From: Nitrospirota bacterium
Lineage (GTDB): Bacteria > JACPQY01
DNA: 64,000 nt
Direction: 5' to 3'
Assembly (NCBI GenBank): GCA_016180645.1
Contig: JACPAV010000005.1
Coordinates: 1 to 64,000, forward strand
Part shown: piece by piece, positions 56,612 through 64,000 of the stretch
Layout of the letters: every line of letters starts with the position of its first letter
How positions within the stretch are numbered: the stretch's first letter is position 1
The notes under the pieces: generated by a model
What the model was told of the DNA's origin: nothing
Seen by the model: only the letters and a program-made list of their open reading frames with translations
Database searches by the model: none
Translations under genes and position numbers: made by a program

Positions 56612-58278
56612 GCCGGAGTGCCTCCCTCCTCCGTGGCGGGAGTGGTTTCCGTGGGGGTTGGCTCTGCATCTCCCCCGGCCGGCGCCGGCTCGCCCCCGCG
56701 ATCCTCATACGACTTGACGCTGAGCTCCATCCGACGCTTCTTGACATCCACATGGATGACATCGGCCATGACTTCGGCACCCAGATCGAGCCCCTTCCGG
56801 CCTTCCCCCTCCGCGCCCCGCCCCATTTGAGACGTCCGGACCAAGCCCTCCACGCCGTCTTCCAGTTCGACAAAGACGCCTTCCGGCGAAACTTCGCTCA
56901 CGATTCCCTTCACGCCCGTGCCGGGCTTGTACTTGTCGGCCACATTGTTCCACGGATCACCCTGAATCTGCTTCAACCCGAAGGTCATCCGCTTCTTTTG
57001 GCCCTCGATGCGCAGGATCCGCACCGTGATCTCCTCGCCCTTCCGGAAATTCGCGGCAGGCTTAAGGTCTCGACGGTTCCACGTGATATCCGAATTGTGA
57101 ACGAGGCCGGTGAGACCGTCCTCCAATTCAACAAACAATCCAAAATCCTTCACGGCACGGACCACACCCTTCACATCCATCTTCACCGCGTAGTGTTCAT
57201 CCACCGTGTCCCACGGGCTGGATTCCAATTGTTTCAAGGTCAGAATGATCCGGCGCTTCTCCACGTCCATGAACAGGACCATAAAGTCCTTTTCGTCGTC
57301 CTGGTTCAGCACCTCGGAGGGATGTTTGATCTTTTTGTCCCAGCTGATTTCCGCCTTCGGAAGAAGGGCTTCCACATCGGGTTCGATTTCGACGATCGCG
57401 CCGAAGTTCGACACCTTCGTCACCTTGCCGTGGACCACGGAACCCTTGTTGATCCGCTCGATGACGTTCATCCACGGATCCGGCAGGAGCTGCTTGCGGC
57501 CCAAGGTAACCTTCCCGGTATCCGCATCCACCTTGAGGACGACCACCTCCACGTCCTCCCCCGGCTTCAGCACGTCGCCCGGATGGCGAATGCGACTCCA
57601 GGAGATGTCCCGGGTGTACATGAGCCCGTCGATCCCGCCCAGATCCACAAACACGCCGTAGGGCATGATGTTCTTCACCTTCCCGGTCAGTTTCTTCCCC
57701 GGATGGATCTTGACGATGATCTCCTGCTTCATCTTCTCTTTTTCTTTTTGCAATTGGGCCTTGCGCGAGAGGATGATGTTCCGCTTGTCCGGATTGAAGG
57801 CGAGGATCTTGAATTTGAACGATTTACCGACGTACGCGTCGTAATCTTTGACGGGATAAATATCCACCTGGGAGCCCGGGAGGAAGGCCGGCCCTCCGAT
57901 GTCCACGAAGAAGCCGCCCTTTACGCGCTGGGTGATGACCCCCTCGACATCTCCATCCCGTTCGTACGCCTCTTGCAGATCGGCGATCATCCGGGCTCGC
58001 TCGGCTTTGACGTGCGAAAGTTCGATGCCCCCCTCGTCCTGCAAATTCTCCACGAGCACGTCCACTTCATCGCCCAGCTTCACTTTCAGGACCTTATTCA
58101 TGTCCATGCACTCGGAGATGGGGACGAAGCCTTCGGACTTGTATCCGACGTCGACCAGCACGCGGTCGTGCCCGATCTGGACGACTTTTCCCTTGACGAT
58201 CTGGCCGGGGCGGATCGACGGCACGCTCTTCTCGAGGAGTGCCTCGTACTGCGGATCGACTTCGAAATGTACGCTCAT
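56608..58278 (-). CDS. rpsA: 30S ribosomal protein S1
   Basis: Six S1 repeats; VDVGYKSEG, AFLPGSQVD, YGVFVDLGGIDGL; follows cmk. Confidence 0.95.
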   Translation of the reverse strand: MSVHFEVDPQYEALLEKSVPSIRPGQIVKGKVVQIGHDRVLVDVGYKSEGFVPISECMDMNKVLKVKLGDEVDVLVENLQDEGGIELSHVKAERARMIADLQEAYERDGDVEGVITQRVKGGFFVDIGGPAFLPGSQVDIYPVKDYDAYVGKSFKFKILAFNPDKRNIILSRKAQLQKEKEKMKQEIIVKIHPGKKLTGKVKNIMPYGVFVDLGGIDGLMYTRDISWSRIRHPGDVLKPGEDVEVVVLKVDADTGKVTLGRKQLLPDPWMNVIERINKGSVVHGKVTKVSNFGAIVEIEPDVEALLPKAEISWDKKIKHPSEVLNQDDEKDFMVLFMDVEKRRIILTLKQLESSPWDTVDEHYAVKMDVKGVVRAVKDFGLFVELEDGLTGLVHNSDITWNRRDLKPAANFRKGEEITVRILRIEGQKKRMTFGLKQIQGDPWNNVADKYKPGTGVKGIVSEVSPEGVFVELEDGVEGLVRTSQMGRGAEGEGRKGLDLGAEVMADVIHVDVKKRRMELSVKSYEDRGGEPAPAGGDAEPTPTETTPATEEGGTPA

Positions 58279-59003
58279 GGTGTCTTCGAGGGGGCGTATG
58301 GTAGCAGAAAATCCGCCGCATTCAACCCCAAACGTTGGCGAACGCGCCGTTCAAGCCGATCGATGACTTCCTGCTTGCTGAGGCGGGTCGTCCGGATGAA
58401 GAGGCTCCCAGGGGTTTTTCGGAGCGGGGCCAGCGCGCGGGATCGATCCCGGCGGTCGCGCGAGCGAATGTCCGATTCGATCACGCGCAACAAAACCCTT
58501 CGGCCGCCCGCGCGCAGTTCCTTCGCCCGCCTGCGCGCGCGCTCGGTGACGCCCGCCGTCAGATAGATTTTCACCTCGGCATCGGGGAAAACCACGCTGG
58601 CAATGTCTCTTCCTTCCATTACGACGCCGGGATGATAGGCCATGCCCTTCTGCAATGCAACAAGGGTTCTCCGCACCTCCGGAAAGGATGACACCCGAGA
58701 GGCCAGGCTCCCCGCGGCCGAGGATCCCAGCGACGCGGTCACATCCCTGCCGTTCAGGACCACCTTCCCCGCCCCTCCCCCCACGCCTGGAACGAGCCGA
58801 ATGCGACAACCCCTCAGCGCGGTCGTAAGCGCGGACCCATCGTTGAGCAGAGCGAGTCGATCCCTGAAATACAATCCGACAGCCCGATACATCACGCCCG
58901 TGTTCACGTATTTCAGGCCGAGCCTTCCCGCCAAGGCCCTGGCCACGGAGCTTTTTCCCGAGCCGGCCGGGCCGTCGATGGCGATGACGATTCCGCGCCT
59001 CAT
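58275..59003 (-). CDS. cmk: Cytidylate kinase
   Basis: IAIDGPAGSGKSS, TGVMYRA, VMEGRDI, KIYLTA, RDRRD. Confidence 0.95.
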   Translation of the reverse strand: MRRGIVIAIDGPAGSGKSSVARALAGRLGLKYVNTGVMYRAVGLYFRDRLALLNDGSALTTALRGCRIRLVPGVGGGAGKVVLNGRDVTASLGSSAAGSLASRVSSFPEVRRTLVALQKGMAYHPGVVMEGRDIASVVFPDAEVKIYLTAGVTERARRRAKELRAGGRRVLLRVIESDIRSRDRRDRSRALAPLRKTPGSLFIRTTRLSKQEVIDRLERRVRQRLGLNAADFLLPYAPSKTP

Positions 59004-60304
59004 CGCGACACCAGACCGTTCAAGACCCGGGGAAATGAAGGAAAGGACTTCTCGATGCCGGGATGTCGTATGAGCGTGTCACCCACCGCGCGAAGGCCCA
59101 CCACCGCCAGCGCCATGGCCGTGCGATGATCGCCGCATCCATCCAATTCCGCGCCCCGGAGGGTTCGGCCCCCGATCACGCTCCACCCGTCGCTCCGCTC
59201 CTTCGCCTCCGCTCCCATCGCCGACAGCCCGCCAACCAGGGAACGGATACGATCCGTTTCTTTTACTCTGAGCTCGGCCGCGCCTTTCAGGATCGAGCGG
59301 CCCGGTGCAAAGGCCTGCACGGCGCCCACAAGAGGCAACTCATCGATGAGCGGAGCCACGTCCTCGGGTCTGATCTGGACCGGCCTCATCACTCCACTGC
59401 GAACCCCGATCGTTCCCCAAGGTTCCCCACACGATTCGCCCTCCGGAACGATCTCCGTCGCCGCCCCGGCCCTTTCCAGAAATCTGACAAAGGCGAGTCT
59501 TCCGGGATTCAGCAGGCAGCGGCGTATTCGTACGGCCGAGCCCGGCACCAATGCGGCGGCGGCCAGGATAAAGGACGCTGAAGAGAGATCGCCTGGAATC
59601 TCCATTTCGCCCCCCTGGATGTTGGTACCCCCGGACAAGGTGATGGCCTTCCCCTTCCGGCCAATCCGCACACCCTTGCCGACCAGCATCCGCTCGGTGT
59701 GATCACGAGTCGGTTGCGGCTCCACAACCGTGGTCCTTCCTTTGGCTCTGAGACCGGCCAGCAGCACGGCCGACTTCACCTGGGCCGAAGCCACGGGCAT
59801 GCGATATCGAATGCCGCGAAGAGGGCCACCGGAGATGACCACCGGGGGGTAATGTCCCCCCTGGTTGGCCCATACCTTCGCTCCCATCTTGCGGAGTGGA
59901 ATCGCAACGCGGTCCACGGGTCGTTTCCGAAGTCCTTCGCCGGTCTCGATAATGGCCGGAAACGGACAGGCCGCGAGAATTCCCATCAGGAGCCGGAGCG
60001 TGGTCCCCGAATTCCCCGCCTCCAGCGGAACCGAAGGCGGCTTCAAACCTTCCCAACCTTCTCCATACACGCGCACTTCGTTTCCTTCGCCCTCCACACG
60101 GACTCCAAGGGCACGGAGCGCGCTCTTCGTTCGGGCCACATCATCTCCCGGCGGGAGGTTGCGAATAACGCTGGGACCGCGTCCGATGGCGGCTAGGAGC
60201 AACGCACGATGAGCAATCGACTTGTCCCCTTCAAGCTCGACATCCCCGCGGAGGGGCCCCGATCGGCTCACACGAAGGGAGCCGTCCGGTTCAATCCCAA
60301 TCAT
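59000..60304 (-). CDS. aroA: 3-phosphoshikimate 1-carboxyvinyltransferase (EPSP synthase)
   Basis: GDKSIAHR, GNSGTT, ASAQVKS, RDHTERML, LRVKETDRI, GDHR. Confidence 0.96.
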   Translation of the reverse strand: MIGIEPDGSLRVSRSGPLRGDVELEGDKSIAHRALLLAAIGRGPSVIRNLPPGDDVARTKSALRALGVRVEGEGNEVRVYGEGWEGLKPPSVPLEAGNSGTTLRLLMGILAACPFPAIIETGEGLRKRPVDRVAIPLRKMGAKVWANQGGHYPPVVISGGPLRGIRYRMPVASAQVKSAVLLAGLRAKGRTTVVEPQPTRDHTERMLVGKGVRIGRKGKAITLSGGTNIQGGEMEIPGDLSSASFILAAAALVPGSAVRIRRCLLNPGRLAFVRFLERAGAATEIVPEGESCGEPWGTIGVRSGVMRPVQIRPEDVAPLIDELPLVGAVQAFAPGRSILKGAAELRVKETDRIRSLVGGLSAMGAEAKERSDGWSVIGGRTLRGAELDGCGDHRTAMALAVVGLRAVGDTLIRHPGIEKSFPSFPRVLNGLVSR

Positions 60305-61154
60305 TCCGTGATCTCGCGGCTCGCTTGAGGAATTTCTCGATCTCCTCCACGGGTCGGTCCAATAGCTCGGCCAATTGCCCCAGATTTCTAATCACACTCT
60401 CGATCCGCGGGCGCAGAGCCCCGGCGTTCATCTTGAGGAGCGAGGCCCACATGGCCGGAGGGCCGGCCGACACCCGCGTCATGTCCTTGAAACTCCCGCC
60501 GGCCAGTTTCCGAATGGCATCCTGCCTCAACTCGCCGGCCGCGACCTCGGAGAACGAGAAGGAGAGCGCATGCGGTAGGTGGCTGATGAGAGCGACCAGA
60601 TCGTCATGCTCGGTCGGAGACATTTGGATCACCCTCGAACCGACCTCCTCCCACATCCCGACCACGGCCTTGAGCGCATCGGGGCTTGTGGAATCGACCG
60701 GGGTGACGACGCATGCGGCTCCATCAAACAGGCCGCCCTCGGCCTGTTCAACCCCTGACCGCTCCTTGCCGGCCATCGGGTGTGCCCCCACAAATCGGCG
60801 TCCCTCCGCGTGGGTGGCGAACCGCTGTACGATGCTTCCCTTCACGCCTGCCACATCTGTAACCACGGCAGCTGGGGGAAGGACCGACGGCTCCAGAAGC
60901 AAAGCCGCCGTTTCGAGAATCCGGTCGGGTGGAGTACAGAGAATGACGGCGGATGCATCCCGGCACGCCCTCCGAAGGTCGGTGTCCATCGCGTCGATCA
61001 TCTTGTGGTCCACGGCCCACTGAAGCCGGTCGCGATGGCGCCCGACGCCCACGATCGTTCCGGCCAGACCCCGAGCGCGGAGGGCCAGCCCGAGCGATCC
61101 CCCGACCAGCCCCACGCCATGGATCACGACCCGCTCGAACAACCTTGATTCCAT
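60291..61154 (-). CDS. tyrA: Prephenate/arogenate dehydrogenase
   Basis: GVGLVGGS, TDVAGVK, HPMAGKE, HD...SHLPH, GGSFKDMTR. Confidence 0.92.
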   Translation of the reverse strand: MESRLFERVVIHGVGLVGGSLGLALRARGLAGTIVGVGRHRDRLQWAVDHKMIDAMDTDLRRACRDASAVILCTPPDRILETAALLLEPSVLPPAAVVTDVAGVKGSIVQRFATHAEGRRFVGAHPMAGKERSGVEQAEGGLFDGAACVVTPVDSTSPDALKAVVGMWEEVGSRVIQMSPTEHDDLVALISHLPHALSFSFSEVAAGELRQDAIRKLAGGSFKDMTRVSAGPPAMWASLLKMNAGALRPRIESVIRNLGQLAELLDRPVEEIEKFLKRAARSRNDWD

Positions 61155-61209
61155 AATAGGTGACAGTATACTGTTATTGCATCAAATAGAGTATACTGTC
61201 ACCTATTAT
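61153..61209. repeat. AT-rich palindromic element, copy 2
   Basis: ATAATAGGTGACAGTATACT...AGTATACTGTCACCTATTAT, occupying the whole hisC-tyrA gap. Confidence 0.85.
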
Positions 61210-62585
61210 TCAAGAATTGAGGCCAGGGCATTCACCAGCCGCTTGCTTTCAGCCCTCTTTCCCACCGTCACACGAAAGCCGCCTGAAATTCCGAACGACG
61301 CGGTATCTCTCACCCAAATGTTTTGCTGCGCCAGGCGTTCCACCAGCCGCGATGCGCGCCGCGGTGGAATCACCAGAAGAAAGTTTGCCTGGGAAGGAAC
61401 CACCCGCAGCCCCAAGCGCCGGAGCTCCGATTCCAGAAACAGTTTTTCCGATTGATTGCGCTTCCACATCGTGGCCTGCCAACGCCGGTCTCTGATCGCC
61501 GCCGCCGCTGCCGCCTGCGCCACCCGATTGACGTTGAACGGTTGGCGAAGTTTATTCAGGACCCCCGCCATCGCCTTCTCGCACACCGCGAACGCGCAAC
61601 GCAAACCGGCCATCCCGTGACTCTTGGAAAACGTCCGCATCACGATCAGGTTGGGATGTCGCCTCCGCAGTTGCATTCCATCCGGGAAGTCGCCGGCCTC
61701 CGGATACCCCCAGTAGGCCTCATCGAGCAGTACGATAACGTGGGTGGGAAGCGACTTGAGCAGATCTGAAAGCTCACGCCGGGGGATGTAGGTACCGGTC
61801 GGATTGTTCGGATTCGCCAGCACCACAAGGGCGGTTCGCTCACAGACCTTGGCCCGGACGCGGGATATATCGTATTGATAGTCCACCAGGGGGAAGAACA
61901 CCGCTCTCGCTCCACAGGCTCGGGCGGCGATCTCGTAGTACGTGAAGCTGGGGTGCGGCAGAAGCGCTTCTTTGCCGGCGCGCAAGTACATCCGAAAAAT
62001 GAGGTCCATCAATTCATCCGATCCGTTTCCCAGCACGACCTCCTCGGCTTGGACTCGGAGCACTCGGGCGATGGCTCGCCGTGGGTCGGTCGCCCACTTG
62101 TCGGGGTAAAGATGGAGCGATCGTAAGGCGCCGGCCGCCGCCCTGTGCACGGCCGGTGACGCCCCGTAGTTGTTCTCGTTACCCGAGAGCCGCACGAGGT
62201 CCCCTCGCGGTTTGCCGCGCCGCTGGCCCGGCTGGTACTCCGGCAGCCCCCGTATCGCGTCGGCGACCCCGGACAGCCCACCGTTGTTTTCCATCGTCCT
62301 GCCGGTGCCCACGCTCCGCTTCTGAAGATTCAGACAGGCCGTGATAATTTCGTGAAACACGTTTTGAAGACCCTCCGCCGGAAAACTTCCATCGCCCGCG
62401 GAAAGCAGCCGCCGGAAGATTTCCTCCTCTCTCGATCCGGAATAGAGAGGACGCCCCTTGTGTTTCTTGACCTTGGCGACGGCCGCCGCCCAACGCGCCC
62501 GCTCCTCCAGGAGGCGCAGGATTCGAAGGTCCACCTCGTCGATCCTGGATCGGAGGGCCTTCAGCGATCGGACCGTTCCGGGCAT
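61206..62585 (-). CDS. hisC: Chorismate mutase (AroQ) fused to a HisC-type PLP aminotransferase
   Basis: N-terminal LRSRIDEVDLRILRLLEERA...REEEIF; then LSGNEN, GNGSDE, NPNNPTG, DEAY, RTFSKSHGMAGLR. No stop codon between the domains. Confidence 0.88.
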   Translation of the reverse strand: MPGTVRSLKALRSRIDEVDLRILRLLEERARWAAAVAKVKKHKGRPLYSGSREEEIFRRLLSAGDGSFPAEGLQNVFHEIITACLNLQKRSVGTGRTMENNGGLSGVADAIRGLPEYQPGQRRGKPRGDLVRLSGNENNYGASPAVHRAAAGALRSLHLYPDKWATDPRRAIARVLRVQAEEVVLGNGSDELMDLIFRMYLRAGKEALLPHPSFTYYEIAARACGARAVFFPLVDYQYDISRVRAKVCERTALVVLANPNNPTGTYIPRRELSDLLKSLPTHVIVLLDEAYWGYPEAGDFPDGMQLRRRHPNLIVMRTFSKSHGMAGLRCAFAVCEKAMAGVLNKLRQPFNVNRVAQAAAAAAIRDRRWQATMWKRNQSEKLFLESELRRLGLRVVPSQANFLLVIPPRRASRLVERLAQQNIWVRDTASFGISGGFRVTVGKRAESKRLVNALASILE

Positions 62586-62596
62586 GACAGCCCCGC

Positions 62597-63790
62597 TCAC
62601 GAGCCGGAAGCCCGCCGTTCGGCGCCAGGCACCGTCGACGACTCCCCCGCTCGTCTGCAACGAACGACGATCTCCCCTGCCAGGCGCTCGACCGGAGCCT
62701 GCGCGTCGATGGCTCCGCTCTGGATCGCCTCCCTGGGCATTCCGAAGATGACGGCCGTTTCCTCGGACTCCGCAAGCGTCTGCCCGCCCAGCCGTCGAAT
62801 TTCCATCACCCCATGTCGACCGTCATCCCCCATCCCCGTGAGAACCACCCCCACGGCTTCGGCTCCAAAGACCTCGGCCGCGGATTGGAAGAGGCGATCC
62901 ACGGAGGGCACGTAGCGGTCCCCCGGCCCCGTCCGCTCCAGTTTCACGAAGGGCCGCTCTCTCGTTCCCGATACCCGCGCGTGGAAACCGCCGGGCGTGA
63001 TCAGCACCTGCCCCGCGCGGGGCAATACCAAATTCTCGGTCTCTCTCACTTCCAAGGTGCAGACCTTGTTCACGCGCTCCGCGAACGCCTTCGTGAACCC
63101 GGCCGGCATGTGCTGCGCCACGAGGACGGGTGCCGGAAGATCCCCCGGCAATCGGGACAGCACCGTTTGGAGGGCGGTGGGTCCGCCCGTGGAGGCGCCT
63201 ACCACCACGATTCGCCCTTCGCGGCGCGCGCCGGTGGACAACGGCGCGACCGCCTCGGCCGACCGCGGAACTTCCCTCCGAGTCAGTCGGCACACCTTGT
63301 CCATCGAGACCATCCTCGCACCGAGAATTTTCTTCACCAATTCGCTGTGTATGCCGTACAGATCGGGCGAAATCTGGTTCTGCGGCTTGGCTACGAAATC
63401 GATCGCGCCGAGTTCCATCGCCAGGAAGGTCGTCTGGCTGTCCGCCTTTCCGCTGACGACGATGACCGGCGTCGGTCGTCGATTCATGAGAATCCGCAGG
63501 AAGGTGAATCCATCCATCTTCGGCATCTCCAGATCCAGCGTTACCACGTCCGGCGATAAGTCGAGGGCCTTCTTGAGCCCCTCCTCCCCATCCCGCGCCG
63601 ACTCCACGACTTCGATCGACGGCTCGGATTCCAGCATTCTTCGCAGCACCCGGCGGTTGTAGGCGGAATCATCGATGATCAGGACTTTGACGCGAGCGCC
63701 GTCCATCAACCCAGTGCCCGTGGTCGGCCCGGAGGGTCGCCGGTCCAGCGGATCCTCCGATGGGTGTGGGGCCTCGGGGGACGGCATCAC
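62597..63790 (-). CDS. cheB: Chemotaxis response regulator methylesterase
   Basis: REC domain (IIDDS, TLDLEMP, FVAKP) plus GASTGG, QHMP, PSVD, LTGMGDDG. Start may be 63706. Confidence 0.95.
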   Translation of the reverse strand: MMPSPEAPHPSEDPLDRRPSGPTTGTGLMDGARVKVLIIDDSAYNRRVLRRMLESEPSIEVVESARDGEEGLKKALDLSPDVVTLDLEMPKMDGFTFLRILMNRRPTPVIVVSGKADSQTTFLAMELGAIDFVAKPQNQISPDLYGIHSELVKKILGARMVSMDKVCRLTRREVPRSAEAVAPLSTGARREGRIVVVGASTGGPTALQTVLSRLPGDLPAPVLVAQHMPAGFTKAFAERVNKVCTLEVRETENLVLPRAGQVLITPGGFHARVSGTRERPFVKLERTGPGDRYVPSVDRLFQSAAEVFGAEAVGVVLTGMGDDGRHGVMEIRRLGGQTLAESEETAVIFGMPREAIQSGAIDAQAPVERLAGEIVVRCRRAGESSTVPGAERRASGS

Positions 63791-64000
63791 AGCGGCTTCC
63801 GGTAGACCAGATCGTTCGTCAGCTGCACGAATTCGAATCCCGTGGACAGGTTCATCAAGGACTCCGCATGGCCCAACAAGAGGTAGCCTCCGGGAACGAG
63901 CTTGTCGAAGAACGTGTTGACGACTTTGCGCCGGGGCTCCAGATGAAAATACATGATCACATTCCGGCAGAAGATGACGTCCATTTGAGGAAGGAGCGAG
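63787..64000 (-). CDS. cheR: Chemotaxis methyltransferase, C-terminal part (5' end outside window)
   Basis: DVIFCRNVIMYF and GGYLLLGHAES. Confidence 0.92.
   Translation of the reverse strand, partial: SLLPQMDVIFCRNVIMYFHLEPRRKVVNTFFDKLVPGGYLLLGHAESLMNLSTGFEFVQLTNDLVYRKPL

Noticed and set aside
56752-58566. 604-aa plus-strand ORF and similar long antisense ORFs (e.g. 19377-20552, 24952-26286)
   Set aside because: Shadow frames of well-supported opposite-strand genes, expected in GC-rich DNA.

Overview
A GC-rich bacterial window. Gene content and order suggest a Deltaproteobacteria/Myxococcota- or Nitrospirota-like organism (inference only). Housekeeping blocks: ychF-like; phoH-ybeY; proA-nadD-rsfS-lapB-apgM; cheR-cheB-[chorismate mutase/hisC fusion]-tyrA-aroA-cmk-rpsA-sppA-IHF-cyclophilin. 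These surround an accessory, surface-related region at about 32.7-54.8 kb with three parts: (i) a REP-associated tyrosine transposase (RAYT) in a dense array of four covarying REP classes, next to an apparently 5'-truncated Kelch gene that is bracketed by REP pairs; (ii) two tandem, about 87% identical MSHA-like type IV pilins behind a sigma-54 promoter, with 7-nt tandem repeats in their leader peptides; (iii) a roughly 17 kb glycan-tailoring locus (epimerase, GNAT, carbamoyltransferase, methyltransferases, flippase, two B12-type radical SAM enzymes, two GT-C-like membrane transferases, GT4, and a PseB-like dehydratase with its own sigma-54 promoter). The left end has a double RCC1-propeller surface protein and a TetR/radical SAM/Ntn-hydrolase cluster. 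Several families of small palindromic elements and MITEs are scattered through the window. No rRNA, tRNA or CRISPR array was seen. All calls come from reading motifs by eye; no database searches were run.
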